Source: an uncultured Gammaproteobacteria bacterium
Lineage (GTDB): Bacteria; Patescibacteriota; Microgenomatia; UBA8517
Length of the DNA: 64,000 bases
Assembly (NCBI GenBank): GCA_964645605.1
Contig: CAZYCE010000002.1
Coordinates: 67,256-131,255, forward strand
Reading direction: 5' to 3'
The notes below the pieces were generated by a model, which saw nothing but the letters and a program-made list of their open reading frames with translations, made no database searches and was not told where the DNA came from. The position numbers and the translations under genes were made by a program. Shown piece by piece: positions 46,781-57,541 of this stretch (position 1 is the stretch's first letter; the number at the start of each line of letters is the position of its first letter).

Positions 46781-47615
46781 GAGCGAATTTTATGGCTTTG
46801 GCGAAAGCGCCTGTATCTGTCGGGTCGATTAGTATTCCGGCATCCCCAACAATTTCGCGTCTTACAGGATCGTCTGTCGCAATAACAGGCAGATTTGTGG
46901 CCATTGCCTCAACCAAAACGTTTCCAAATGATTCAGAGGGTCCGGAGGGAAGCGTAAAAACATCTGCTGCCCGGTAGACTTCAGGCATTTTTTCAAAAGG
47001 AACAGACATTAATTTAAATCTTTCTTTTCCCAATACCTTTTCGCCATACCCTTGAAGCTTTTCTTTCAATTCTCCGCCACCGCCAACCATCAATAAAGAA
47101 GCCTCGGGAATCTCAGCAACAGCTTTAATAGACAAATACATCCTTTTTTGCGCAGTGAAGGCTCCTACGCAAAGTATAACAGGCTTTTTTAACCCTGTTT
47201 TATAGGCATTTCCTCCGGGTTTAAATTTGTCCAAATCCACACCGTTCGGAATGTAAATGACTTTAACATGAGGGTTAACGCTTTTTGCCCAATTCATAGC
47301 CTTTTTCGAAAGTGCAATAAAGGCGTCGGGGAAGCTGTAAAGATTTACCCTATCATCCCAACCCATTCCCGATTGACCCGAAACTATCATCTTGGCACCC
47401 GTAAGCCAGGAAATAATTCTCACCAAAACCACCTGGAACCTGCCATTTGTGGGAATAATAATATCGTATTTTTTCTTTAAAAGATTTAAATAATTTACTT
47501 CGGAGATGGTATCAACCCGATGATTCTTGGAAAGCCTTTTACCAAGCTCAAAAACAAAAGTTTCTGCTCCCCTAAAAACTTTATTCTGGTATTTATTCAA
47601 AATTGCTATACGCAT
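46677..47615 (-). CDS. Glycosyltransferase family 4 (GT-B)
   Basis: 312 aa. SESFGNVLVEAMATNLPVIA. Confidence 0.75.
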   Translation of the reverse strand: MRIAILNKYQNKVFRGAETFVFELGKRLSKNHRVDTISEVNYLNLLKKKYDIIIPTNGRFQVVLVRIISWLTGAKMIVSGQSGMGWDDRVNLYSFPDAFIALSKKAMNWAKSVNPHVKVIYIPNGVDLDKFKPGGNAYKTGLKKPVILCVGAFTAQKRMYLSIKAVAEIPEASLLMVGGGGELKEKLQGYGEKVLGKERFKLMSVPFEKMPEVYRAADVFTLPSGPSESFGNVLVEAMATNLPVIATDDPVRREIVGDAGILIDPTDTGAFAKAIKFALGKKWRNTPRTQAEKFSWDSIAKKYEDLFKEIIK

Positions 47616-49029
47616 ATTGTTTACGGGTTAAGATTACCACACCGTCCACTTTTTGGCCGGTTGTATAGTTAGCCATAACATAATTATAAATTTTTTCGGG
47701 AATGTATGAGGATAGACCGAAATTTGTATAAGGCTTAAAAACAATCAATTTAGGAGGGTTTTCCTGTAAATCCGCAATCATCTTTTCCTGAATGCCCGGT
47801 ATTTCCATATACCAGGAAAGTTGAGGAATCCAAGGGTCCGTCGAAGGAAGTGTGTTTGTAAGGGCGTAGATATTGTCCCACCAGTTCATTACAAATATCG
47901 GGTCCCCGGAGGATGTGTTGTATTTTACATAATCGGCGACCTCGACGACATCTTTCTCATAGAACCTTGTCCCTTCATTGAAATTTCGGATAAAGAAGCT
48001 CCCAAGAATATATAGGTTTCCCAGAATATAAATTGGGATAAAAATTTTAATAAAAAGATTTCTTTTATCTTTAAAGGACTCGATGCCAAGTGCCGTAGCA
48101 ATTGCCAAATAGGGAATCGCCGGCTGAAAATGAAAATATTCAAATCGGGGGTAAGCCCCAAGAGCGCCAGCTATGGCCCAAACCAACAGATTAATATTTT
48201 TCTTGCCGGTTTTTAAAATCAAAGGAATAAAAATCAGAAACGGAAAGACAGCAACACAGAGGGCTTTCAAATCGGGAAGTTGAATCTGTCCTTGAGCTTT
48301 GGGAAGGATAAAAACTCCGAATTTTACGGCCCAGTTCCAAAAATCCGGGAATATCTTCAAAACCTCAAGAATAACTACAAAGGGTACGGCGATCACAAAA
48401 ATTCCAGCTGCAAATTTTAGAATTTTCTTAACCGCCAATCTGTAATGCATTACCTTTTTGTTAAGATAGTGTCTTTGCAAATTAATTATCATCTCAAATA
48501 AAATTGGTATAAGTAACCAGACGGCAGTTTGTTTGGAGATAAAAGCGAGAGCCCAGAAAATACCGGTCCATAGCCAATTTTTGCAGGTGACAAAGTAGAA
48601 TGAGCAAAAGGCTAGAAGACCCATGTAAAGATCAAACCATAAGCCGTTTCCGTCGAAGAACAGCATCCAAACTGCAAAAAAGATAGTCGCCAAAAACGCT
48701 GATTTTTGGTTCCAAATTTTCCTGACAACCCCAAACACCAACCCGTCGGTAAAAAGTATCAAAATCCAGGTAAAAATCTTGAGCTGAAGTATGCCGGTTC
48801 CAAAAACTTTGTAGAACAGGCTCAAGTCAAAAAGCATCAGGGGGGTATGGGCTACGGCGATATCTCTGTAGGGCAGCCATCCTTTTGTAATTAGATACGG
48901 CCAAAGGGTCATTTCCGGCCAAGCGGTAAACTTCAGAACAATAAGAAGTACTAAATGAATTACCGAAATCCCAATTAAAAAAAGGTAGTCTTTACGTTTC
49001 ATCTTTAGTATCCAGCCCTTCCCCACCAA
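47593..49029 (-). CDS. Polytopic membrane protein, GT-C-like (tentative)
   Basis: 478 aa, about 12 TM helices. No soluble catalytic domain is recognisable. Confidence 0.45.
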   Translation of the reverse strand: MVGKGWILKMKRKDYLFLIGISVIHLVLLIVLKFTAWPEMTLWPYLITKGWLPYRDIAVAHTPLMLFDLSLFYKVFGTGILQLKIFTWILILFTDGLVFGVVRKIWNQKSAFLATIFFAVWMLFFDGNGLWFDLYMGLLAFCSFYFVTCKNWLWTGIFWALAFISKQTAVWLLIPILFEMIINLQRHYLNKKVMHYRLAVKKILKFAAGIFVIAVPFVVILEVLKIFPDFWNWAVKFGVFILPKAQGQIQLPDLKALCVAVFPFLIFIPLILKTGKKNINLLVWAIAGALGAYPRFEYFHFQPAIPYLAIATALGIESFKDKRNLFIKIFIPIYILGNLYILGSFFIRNFNEGTRFYEKDVVEVADYVKYNTSSGDPIFVMNWWDNIYALTNTLPSTDPWIPQLSWYMEIPGIQEKMIADLQENPPKLIVFKPYTNFGLSSYIPEKIYNYVMANYTTGQKVDGVVILTRKQYAYSNFE

Positions 49030-49841
49030 ATTCTGCGTTTCAGTTTCCTAAGGGGAGTTTCGAGGCTCGATCTAAACTTTAATTTAAAATCCATTGTCCT
49101 CCATGGGCTTTTGATAAATTCGGGTCTACTTCTGAAAAACACCTCCGGATAGTAAAAATCTTTTGGAAAAGGTTCACCTATTTCGTGCTTTAGTTTTTTG
49201 CCGCGTTTAATTACCTCCGCGTCCTTCCCCTCCCCCGCCCTTGGCAAAAAAGTTGTATGAAGGTAAGGAGCATCAACAAAGCCGACTTTGGACCCCCTAT
49301 CCTGGATCATCCGATTGTCCCCATCCACCCAGCCCCAAACACCGTGAGCGCCCTCTGAGTGCAGTCCCAGGATTTTCCTATTTACTGCCCTGAGATTATA
49401 GTGCCCGGTACGTCCGGCAAGTTTATATCTTCCTGCTTTTTCTTCCTGTCTATGAAAAACATCACCTACAGGATTTATTGTCGGGACAACAATTGATTCC
49501 AATTCATTTCCTTTCTCCCTTATCAGATCGGTAATCTTTTTGATGGACTCTTCCCACCAAACCTCATCCGCATCGACCACGATAAACCAATCGGAGATTG
49601 TCGCATCGAGCATTTCCTGACGGGCCCTGGTAAACGTTTCGGAGGTAACCTCACCATACTGTCTAAATTCAATTTTGTCAGGATACTTTTTTCTAAGTTC
49701 TTCAATAATTTCTAGCGTCCCATCGGTACTCCCCGTATCCCAAAGGAGAAGTTTATCAACATGGTTGACGACACTCGACACAGCATACCAAAGCCAGAGT
49801 GCTTCGTTTTTTACAAGAGTATGAGCAACAATAGAATTCAT
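49005..49841 (-). CDS. GT-A fold glycosyltransferase (GT2-like, DxD)
   Basis: 278 aa. LWDTGSTDGT and VVDADEVWW. Confidence 0.6.
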   Translation of the reverse strand: MNSIVAHTLVKNEALWLWYAVSSVVNHVDKLLLWDTGSTDGTLEIIEELRKKYPDKIEFRQYGEVTSETFTRARQEMLDATISDWFIVVDADEVWWEESIKKITDLIREKGNELESIVVPTINPVGDVFHRQEEKAGRYKLAGRTGHYNLRAVNRKILGLHSEGAHGVWGWVDGDNRMIQDRGSKVGFVDAPYLHTTFLPRAGEGKDAEVIKRGKKLKHEIGEPFPKDFYYPEVFFRSRPEFIKSPWRTMDFKLKFRSSLETPLRKLKRRIWWGRAGY

Positions 49842-49936
49842 AAAGCAAATTACTAATTTAAAATTCCTAATTACTAATAAAATCCCAATTAATAAATTTA
49901 AAAAATTCGAATTTTATTTAAATTTTAAATTCAAAA

Positions 49937-51223
49937 TTAACCATTTTTATGTCCCCAATAATGCTTAATCACAATCGTCCATGTATAAATGACGAGGATT
50001 GTATTCGTTACTCCTAAAGTTATTGTCGGTCCAAAAACTCCAAATTTCGGAATCAGTAAAAAATTAAGAAGGAATATCGCCGCAACCTGAAAAAAAGAAA
50101 ATGCTCCTATGTAAACAGTCTTTTTCATTGAATAGATAATTGCCGAAACACTTGGCGCTGTAAATAAAAACGGAATTTGTGCTGCAGCAAGTGCCCGGAA
50201 AACAGGAACCGAATCGATATATTTGTCTCCGAACAGGGTAAGAATAAACGGTTTGGCAATTATTATCCATAAAACTACTCCAGCAGCAATCGGAAGAATT
50301 GCCAGGAGGGATTTTAGAATATATTTTTTCTCTGCTTCTTTATTTCCGAATGAGGCAAGACGAGGTGCCAAAACTGCGGAAAAGCTTCCGGAAAGAATTA
50401 TTATAAAAGAAGCCAGACGGGAGGGAATTGAATAGAGACCGGTGGCAAGGGCCCCTGCCATTGTTGCCAGCATCTGGACATCAAGCCTTCCTGAAACTGA
50501 AGAGATAATCCTATTGACCCCAATCCAACCTGAATATTTCAGTAAATTTCTGTATTCGTTCCTTTGAGGTCTTGAGTGGAGAAAATCGCCCTTAACAAAA
50601 AACGCAATCAAGGCAATCTCTACTACAAAACCTGCTCCGAATGCCCAAAAGGCTTTGGACATAGTTAAACCTCCGATTAAATAAAATCCGAGAGCAAAAA
50701 GAAATCTTGCCAGATAAAATGCGTTATCGATTACCGTTGAATGAAGAAATTTCTTCTTTGCCTGCAAAATATAAGGGAAAAACATATCGGGGAAAAGAAA
50801 GATCGGAATAACCGCCGCCCAGAGAGCAATTTTGGGGTCATTTGACGCCAAAAAAGTCTTTGAAACAAAAGGCGCAAATACGGCAACTATTGCGGATATT
50901 GCCAAAACTATAAAAAGTCTTATCAGAAATGATGCTTTTGTGTACTCGTTGGCTTTCTCGTGTTCCCCGCGAGCTGTGTGGCTGGAGACAAAATTTACAG
51001 CACCTGTGGAGATACCAATGTCAGCAAGTGAGGAAAGAATAACTACAAAGTTCAGAACAGCGGAGAAAATTCCGAATTCGGAGATACTCATCGAACGGGC
51101 TGCAAAGAGTGTGAAGAGAAATCCCCAAAAGGAAGAGCCCAGGTTCCCAGCAAAAAGAATAAAAGTATCTTTGGCCGTGGCCGTAAAAAGCATGCCTTTG
51201 ACCATATCGTAATACTTCCGCAT
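49937..51223 (-). CDS. wzx: Wzx-type polysaccharide flippase (MOP superfamily)
   Basis: 428 aa, about 12 TM helices, with the typical Wzx N-terminal pattern. Confidence 0.7.
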   Translation of the reverse strand: MRKYYDMVKGMLFTATAKDTFILFAGNLGSSFWGFLFTLFAARSMSISEFGIFSAVLNFVVILSSLADIGISTGAVNFVSSHTARGEHEKANEYTKASFLIRLFIVLAISAIVAVFAPFVSKTFLASNDPKIALWAAVIPIFLFPDMFFPYILQAKKKFLHSTVIDNAFYLARFLFALGFYLIGGLTMSKAFWAFGAGFVVEIALIAFFVKGDFLHSRPQRNEYRNLLKYSGWIGVNRIISSVSGRLDVQMLATMAGALATGLYSIPSRLASFIIILSGSFSAVLAPRLASFGNKEAEKKYILKSLLAILPIAAGVVLWIIIAKPFILTLFGDKYIDSVPVFRALAAAQIPFLFTAPSVSAIIYSMKKTVYIGAFSFFQVAAIFLLNFLLIPKFGVFGPTITLGVTNTILVIYTWTIVIKHYWGHKNG

Positions 51224-51276
51224 TCTACAATTATAGATGATTAATCCCTAATGGTTAATGGTGGTAAAATTAATGT

Positions 51277-51987
51277 ATGAAAATACGCGATTTTGTCTTA
51301 TCTCTTCCCTCCATAATTATAAGTGCGATTTTTCTTTACCTCTATTATTTGGAGTCGTTTAATTACGACAATTTCGTATTTACGACTTTCCACTTTAATT
51401 TAGCACGTTTCTCGTTTATTCCCGGAGTCTTCTGGGCAAGCTGGGCAGTCTACTTTTTGGCAAGAAAGAAAGTAAAACAGGAAATTATAGTTTTGGCTGT
51501 CATTTTTTGCCTTGTCTCAATTCCTTCCGGTGTTCGGTCTTTGGGGATCGTATCTGCAAGGACGGTTCTTACATTTAGGGGAAAGGGTCGTATTGTCCAA
51601 AAATCTATGGAGAAAATGTACGGAAACGACTATAAATTTATGAATTTCGTTAAATCATATTTGCCGGAAAACAAAAATATTGTTCTTATTCTTCCGCCGA
51701 ACACACTCCCATGGAGACACACCGGAAATCCCCAAATTATGAATAGCTATCTTTATCCTGTTACAACCACCAACAGCACACAAAGCGCATCTCCCTATGT
51801 GCTAATTTCGTCTGAAGAAGACGGTGCCGGCTACCACCTTTGGCCGGATTATAAAATACGGACAGAGAAAATTGTTATTTTTAACTGGAATAATAATGAA
51901 CCAACAATAATTGAAAATGCGGATTGGGATCCTAAGGAATGGGAGGATAAAAAACCTTGGGGTTTAATCATAAAAAACAATGAATAA
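51277..51987 (+). CDS. Hypothetical membrane-anchored protein
   Basis: 236 aa. Two N-terminal TM helices and a soluble C-terminal domain. Plus strand. Confidence 0.45.
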   Translation: MKIRDFVLSLPSIIISAIFLYLYYLESFNYDNFVFTTFHFNLARFSFIPGVFWASWAVYFLARKKVKQEIIVLAVIFCLVSIPSGVRSLGIVSARTVLTFRGKGRIVQKSMEKMYGNDYKFMNFVKSYLPENKNIVLILPPNTLPWRHTGNPQIMNSYLYPVTTTNSTQSASPYVLISSEEDGAGYHLWPDYKIRTEKIVIFNWNNNEPTIIENADWDPKEWEDKKPWGLIIKNNE

Positions 51988-53188
51988 TTTAATCGGAGGC
52001 GTTGCACTTTTGTCTCTAGCCGTTCCCGGCTTTTTTATTAATTCGATTATTTTGAAAAAAGAAAGAGCTATCGAATCTTTGGCTCTTTCCTGGCTCACGG
52101 GAAGTGCCGCCTTTACTCTAATTCTTTACTTCTTAAATAGTTTTTTGAAAATACCCCTAAACCTCGCATCCTCCACATCAGTTTTTATAATTCTTACTCT
52201 CGTATTATTTATCATCGCCCGTAAAAACATTGCATTTCCTAAAGTTGAATTTAAAAACAACAAGCTTCTTGTCGGCATTCCGGTAGTTATCGCGGTCTTA
52301 ATGTTTGCCACATCATTTTTCTATCCAGTTATGGATTGGGACGCAATAACACTTTTTGATTTCAGGGCAAGAATATTGGTTAGAGAGGGCTTTCTTACCA
52401 ACGAGATAATAGAAATGCTTTACGGAGGTTACCCAATGTATACGTCCCTTCTTCACTTCTGGACATATATAACAGGGCTTTCCTCACCAATGCCTATCTA
52501 CCCGATTTTTACAATTTCACTTTTTGTCGGAATTTATTTTGCTTTGAAAAAAATATTAACTAAAAACATTTCGCTTTTGATTGCCTCTGCCTGCATTCTC
52601 ACTCCGAGAATCTTTGAGAATTCTTTTATCGCCTACACGAACCTTCCCTACACTGTCTTTGTTACACTTGGAGCTTTGTATATATATCTTTTCGTTAGAG
52701 ACAAAAATTACAGAAGTCTGATTATCGGAATTGCTTTTTCTTTAACAACATTTTGGGTACGCTCGTTTCCTTTTGCCTTAATAAATTTTGCACTTATCTT
52801 TTTAGCGGCACCATACGTCAAAAGATATTCAAAATATTTGGCCGTTGGTTCAATAATTTTATTAATTGCAAGCTATTTTCTCCCTTTCACCCGCGAGGTG
52901 GCAGACTACCTAAAATGGGCAGTGTTTGAATATTATTTCCCCTACTGGATAATTTTTATCGGTATCTTTATATATAAATTGATTAGGAATTCGAAAGACT
53001 GGTTCTGGGCGCTAACTTACATTGGCTACGCATTCGTTACACTCGTTGGTACTTACATTATTGGTAAAACCTGGCCGGGATATTACAAGGCTATTCCCGA
53101 CGCGGTCCAACGGATGACAATGTTTATAAATATCGCAGTGGTGTTATTTGCATCTACTCTCATTAATCCTTCTTCACAAAAAGAATAG
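51980..53188 (+). CDS. Polytopic membrane protein, GT-C-like (tentative)
   Basis: 402 aa, about 11 TM helices. Plus strand. Overlaps the previous gene by 8 nt. Confidence 0.45.
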   Translation: MNNLIGGVALLSLAVPGFFINSIILKKERAIESLALSWLTGSAAFTLILYFLNSFLKIPLNLASSTSVFIILTLVLFIIARKNIAFPKVEFKNNKLLVGIPVVIAVLMFATSFFYPVMDWDAITLFDFRARILVREGFLTNEIIEMLYGGYPMYTSLLHFWTYITGLSSPMPIYPIFTISLFVGIYFALKKILTKNISLLIASACILTPRIFENSFIAYTNLPYTVFVTLGALYIYLFVRDKNYRSLIIGIAFSLTTFWVRSFPFALINFALIFLAAPYVKRYSKYLAVGSIILLIASYFLPFTREVADYLKWAVFEYYFPYWIIFIGIFIYKLIRNSKDWFWALTYIGYAFVTLVGTYIIGKTWPGYYKAIPDAVQRMTMFINIAVVLFASTLINPSSQKE

Positions 53189-53214
53189 CTGAAGCGCCAA
53201 TAAGTTCATTATCG

Positions 53215-54525
53215 TCACTCAATTATATTAAGACCCTTCAGATCATAATACCCGGCAACGCATGAAGCTACCCATCCGTTATTATCCGAAAAATTATCCA
53301 GCCCCCCAACGGATTTAATATTGTGAATAGTCGGTAAATTTTTAACTTCTTCATCCCAAGATATGGCGTAGTTTTTAACTTCCGTTCTGACTTTACTCCA
53401 ATCTTTCCAAACCGAAACACCCACTAGGCTGGAGAAAACAATATTTAATATTATGAATATCCAAGATATTTTTGAGAGAAACTTTTTATTTAATAAATTG
53501 TTTAAAAGAGTCACTAAACAGACTGAGAAAATAAAGAAACAATACAATATCAAGCTGGTTATTATAAAAAGAGTTCTTTCCGGAGGGATAATGCTCATCG
53601 AATAGTAGCCCGATCCCATTACCGCCATCGTAACAGATACCGAAGCCAGCGCCGTTATCAGCATTATATATATTATTTTCTTGGATCTAACAATAAATTT
53701 TCGAGAGAATAAATATGTTGCGGTCAAAATAACAACAAGAGAAGACAAAAAAGTCTTGATTGACAAAAATCTCAATAGATACCATTTTGTTGCCAGGATG
53801 GTAGATTTCATAACAAACAATAAACTTTCCGGTTTTGTTACAGAGAGACCCCTTGCAGCATTACCGGGGGCAAGTAACATGATTATCAGTGAGATTGTAA
53901 TTCCGGCGATTCCTGCAACAGCAATTTTCATCTTTTCTTTTTTGTCTTTCGGATTGATGACTAAAACTATTCCCAATACAAAAATCAAAAAGACCAATGC
54001 GGCGACGGCAAACGATTCGGAAAATCCTCCGGCAACGAACATAAAAAGAAATGGAATGATTACTCCCCTCTTTTCTTTTTTGGAAACTAAACGAACGAGA
54101 AATAAATTTAAAAATATAAAGGGAATTGTGTAATTAAGTGACCCCGTCTGCCAATAAAACGACTGAATGATATTTGGTGCATTTATTAAAGTGAGTATTA
54201 CAAAAAGTGATGCAAAAATAACATTTGAAAAGAAAAGTGGAATGGTAGTTAGGACCAAACCGGCTAACAAAAGTATCGGAAGAACTCTTATGACCCATGG
54301 CCCAATGAGTTCAAAAAAATCAAGGAAAGCGATATAAGAATACCGGCCCGTCCAAGTTTTCCACCAACCAATTTGTGCACCAAAATAACCATTGTCTCGC
54401 AAAAATGTCGCTGAGCAAAAATCGTCCACCCAATAACGAACGTATGGAACAGTTGTAACAATATAATATAGTCCCATACCAATCAGAATAATGTATGGCA
54501 AATAAATAAGAAGTTTTTTAATCAT
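53215..54525 (-). CDS. Polytopic membrane protein, GT-C-like (tentative)
   Basis: 436 aa. Multiple TM helices and a C-terminal soluble tail. Confidence 0.45.
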   Translation of the reverse strand: MIKKLLIYLPYIILIGMGLYYIVTTVPYVRYWVDDFCSATFLRDNGYFGAQIGWWKTWTGRYSYIAFLDFFELIGPWVIRVLPILLLAGLVLTTIPLFFSNVIFASLFVILTLINAPNIIQSFYWQTGSLNYTIPFIFLNLFLVRLVSKKEKRGVIIPFLFMFVAGGFSESFAVAALVFLIFVLGIVLVINPKDKKEKMKIAVAGIAGITISLIIMLLAPGNAARGLSVTKPESLLFVMKSTILATKWYLLRFLSIKTFLSSLVVILTATYLFSRKFIVRSKKIIYIMLITALASVSVTMAVMGSGYYSMSIIPPERTLFIITSLILYCFFIFSVCLVTLLNNLLNKKFLSKISWIFIILNIVFSSLVGVSVWKDWSKVRTEVKNYAISWDEEVKNLPTIHNIKSVGGLDNFSDNNGWVASCVAGYYDLKGLNIIE

Positions 54526-56095
54526 TCTTTATTAGGAGTATTGCACCGGCATCCTGTTTCTCGTAATTATCGGCCGAACTGACCTTATACATTCCTTTCA
54601 ATGTGTATTCTCTTGCGATCTCGCCGCATCCTTCGCATGTCCATTTTTTGGAATCGGTAGGATTTTCAAAAATCATTCTCCAACTATCCCCCATATAATA
54701 ATTGGCGTCATCTATCAAATAACTTGTAAGATAAATTGCATCAAAAGGAATTTTGCCTGTTGCAGGATCTAACAACTGTTTCGGTTCCAACGGAAACCAC
54801 ACGGTTTTTCTTTCTCCGTACCAGCTTCCCCAAGTATCAAGATTGGTAATAACAACCTGGCCAGAATCCGTGTTCTCTTTCAGAATCCTGCTTAGTTCAG
54901 CATATACAGGGGGCTTGCCCGTATTGTGTATCTTTGCTTCAAACCTCGAGTCAAGCATGAATATACCTATTGTTTGACCAACGCCGAATAATAGAATTAT
55001 GAATAATGAATTAAGAATTATGCAGGCCTGTTTTGAAATTGAAAATTTTGATTTTGATAATTGATTGGTAATTGGTAATTGAAAATTGGTTATTAGTTCC
55101 ACGATTGTCCCCACCGCAATTATGTAAACAAATGGAATTACCGGATGAATATAACGGTAGAACGGAATACTGGCCGCCGTTACAATAAGTGTCACAACGA
55201 TCATGAACATGCTCGCCCATTTAAAAGCATGCCGTTCCGAAGCCTTTGGCGAAGGACGGAATAATCCAATGATAAACAAAGCTAAGAAATATGGGTTAAT
55301 GATTTGCGGAAGTGCTTTGTAAAAATTGTAGAGATTGTAAAAGATATTTTTCAGTGTTGGTACTATTCCCCCACCGGCAACAACTGCCGCTCCTCTTAAG
55401 GCATCTGATGCCGTAGAACTTTGGTTGAAAGACGATCCTATTCCCCTACCGATGATGGAATACAAAAAGTATTTTCCGGAAAGAGGCCTCAATACAAAAT
55501 AATCAATCAAAACTCCAAAAAACAAAATACAAATAAAGGAAATTACGGCTTTTTTAGGCTTAAAGTTTACAAGAAGCCAGAAAAGAATTATCCCCGCAAT
55601 ATAAATAAATGCCTGAGGACGGGTAAAATACATCAGAACCAAAAACAAAACTGTTACCGCATTCGTCCATTTTTTCTTGAGGGACGCAAAATAAAGTCCG
55701 GCAACTATTTCAAAAATAAATGGTGACTCGGAAGCACCGTTTGTAGCATAGTGAATAATGTCATAGCTTGCCCCAACTGCCAACGTCGACAAAGCTCCAA
55801 CCAATTTGCTATTAAATATTTTCTTTCCAAGAAGGTAGACAAAAACTAATGTCAGAATGAAATAGAAAAACGACGTAGCAATTACTGCAAAATCAGTAAC
55901 TCCAAAAATCTTAAAAAACGCAGCAATTGACACCGGCATTACAGGTGGTGTCCAAAGAGCAGAAAAGATAGCACTTTTAATTAATTCAAAAATATTTGAT
56001 GACCAAAATGAAAAATTGCTTCCAAATCCTAACCCATTAATTAAATTCCTGGCAAAATCCGCAAATTTGGCTGCATCAGAAAGGTCAAGATACAT
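54518..56095 (-). CDS. GT-C fold polytopic glycosyltransferase (ArnT/PMT_2-like)
   Basis: 525 aa. LDLSDAAKFADFARNLINGLGF is the ArnT-family N-terminus. About 11 TM helices and a C-terminal periplasmic-type domain. Confidence 0.5.
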   Translation of the reverse strand: MYLDLSDAAKFADFARNLINGLGFGSNFSFWSSNIFELIKSAIFSALWTPPVMPVSIAAFFKIFGVTDFAVIATSFFYFILTLVFVYLLGKKIFNSKLVGALSTLAVGASYDIIHYATNGASESPFIFEIVAGLYFASLKKKWTNAVTVLFLVLMYFTRPQAFIYIAGIILFWLLVNFKPKKAVISFICILFFGVLIDYFVLRPLSGKYFLYSIIGRGIGSSFNQSSTASDALRGAAVVAGGGIVPTLKNIFYNLYNFYKALPQIINPYFLALFIIGLFRPSPKASERHAFKWASMFMIVVTLIVTAASIPFYRYIHPVIPFVYIIAVGTIVELITNFQLPITNQLSKSKFSISKQACIILNSLFIILLFGVGQTIGIFMLDSRFEAKIHNTGKPPVYAELSRILKENTDSGQVVITNLDTWGSWYGERKTVWFPLEPKQLLDPATGKIPFDAIYLTSYLIDDANYYMGDSWRMIFENPTDSKKWTCEGCGEIAREYTLKGMYKVSSADNYEKQDAGAILLIKND

Positions 56096-56118
56096 AGATA
56101 GATTCTATCACCAACGTT

Positions 56119-57498
56119 TCACTTTTTGATTTTCTGTATTAAAAACAAAAATTTTCCCCTTTTAGAAAGAGGGATACTTCTAACATATTTAAACTTGACT
56201 TTTGTATCGGCTAATTTAAGAAACTTCTCATTAATTTCAAGTTTATCTTTTAGACCAAATAGCCTATCTGGAATTATTTTTATAATCACGATGCCTTTTT
56301 CTGACTGAATTATTTGCCATTTTTTGATGTTTCTAAAAGCTTTATAATGTTGACCAAAAACTAAGGCGGTTAAGGGTGTCTTGTCGCCACTTGAACCATA
56401 TATGTAATCTTGTGTTCTCCCTTGCAGTTCCCTCAGACAAACAACTCCGTTCTTTAGTCCTCCGTAAACTGCAATGTCACCGGTTCTATATCTAATAAAT
56501 GGCATAGCATAATTATAAAAGCCTGTTACCACAATCTCTCCTGCTGAACCCTTTTTAACATGCTTGCCCTTCTCATCCAGAATTTCAGTGAAACCATAAA
56601 ATGGTGAGCATAGATATTTGGTAGAATTTTTTAGGGTATAAGCAAAAACACAAGCTTCAGTATGGCCATATTGAAAAAATATATTTGTATCTAAAACTCT
56701 TGCTATTTTCTTAATTTGCCAATCAAAAGCCTGCTCAGATGTTAAAATTACACCTTTAATTTTGAATGAGATTTTGGCCTTCATAGAGTCGACATATCGT
56801 ACAAAATCGTAAATGGTTGATGGATACCCACGTATTAAACTTGGACATACTTTCAAAAAATCGGCTAAATACTGTGACTTGTTTTTATTTTTAAAATATA
56901 GAGATGAATATGTTTTTTTACCGAATGGTAAGTTGTGTTTATTACTTATCCAAAAAATATTTCTATTTCGCAGTTTAGAAGGAACAGAGCTACCGCTAAA
57001 AGAAATAAAAGAATCTCCTTTTCTATAACCAATATATTTGGCATAATATTCCTGATGAATATCATCTATTATCCCCACTTTGGGAGATAAAAAAAGTCGC
57101 AGTGGTTCGCCTGTGCTCCCACCTGTATATCCCTCATAGTATTCCCACGGCCTCAGACTTTTGGTTATTAATTCATCTTCATGTTTTCTAATTATTGTTT
57201 TATCAAGTATGGGAATACTATCAAAATTACTTAAATTATTTAAGTCAAGATTCACTTTTTGGAAAATTCTTTTATAGTATTCGTTATTTTTATACGCAAA
57301 ACGACAAAGATTAATTAATTTCTTTTTTTGAAAAGATTCAATACGCACTCTGATATCCTTGCCATTCTCAATGTCCTTAAGCCCCCTTTTAATTTTTAAT
57401 ATCTCTCTTTTGTAAAAAAATCTTAATCCTAACTTTGTAAAACATATCACATCTAACAGAGAATTTTGTTTCAAAAAATCTATAAATCTTCTATTCAT
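56119..57498 (-). CDS. PaaK/CapK-like adenylate-forming enzyme (phenylacetate-CoA ligase family, COG1541-like)
   Basis: 459 aa. YTGGSTGEPLR (AMP-binding motif I), YGHTEA and YRTGD (motif II-like). Confidence 0.65.
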   Translation of the reverse strand: MNRRFIDFLKQNSLLDVICFTKLGLRFFYKREILKIKRGLKDIENGKDIRVRIESFQKKKLINLCRFAYKNNEYYKRIFQKVNLDLNNLSNFDSIPILDKTIIRKHEDELITKSLRPWEYYEGYTGGSTGEPLRLFLSPKVGIIDDIHQEYYAKYIGYRKGDSFISFSGSSVPSKLRNRNIFWISNKHNLPFGKKTYSSLYFKNKNKSQYLADFLKVCPSLIRGYPSTIYDFVRYVDSMKAKISFKIKGVILTSEQAFDWQIKKIARVLDTNIFFQYGHTEACVFAYTLKNSTKYLCSPFYGFTEILDEKGKHVKKGSAGEIVVTGFYNYAMPFIRYRTGDIAVYGGLKNGVVCLRELQGRTQDYIYGSSGDKTPLTALVFGQHYKAFRNIKKWQIIQSEKGIVIIKIIPDRLFGLKDKLEINEKFLKLADTKVKFKYVRSIPLSKRGKFLFLIQKIKK

Positions 57499-57541
57499 TC
57501 CTTACAAAAAATATCCCTTACTGATATTGGCATATAAATAC

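Noticed and set aside
49842-49936. AT-rich intergenic with short direct repeats (ATTACTAAT twice): possible mobile-element end or terminal repeat
   Set aside because: It is too short and has no transposase, integrase or inverted repeats nearby. It is more likely the wzx promoter or a UP-element.
55030-55100. Possible CRISPR or tandem-repeat array (ATTG-rich periodic sequence)
   Set aside because: It is irregular, under 80 nt, has no repeat-spacer architecture and lies inside a coding region. It is low-complexity coding sequence.
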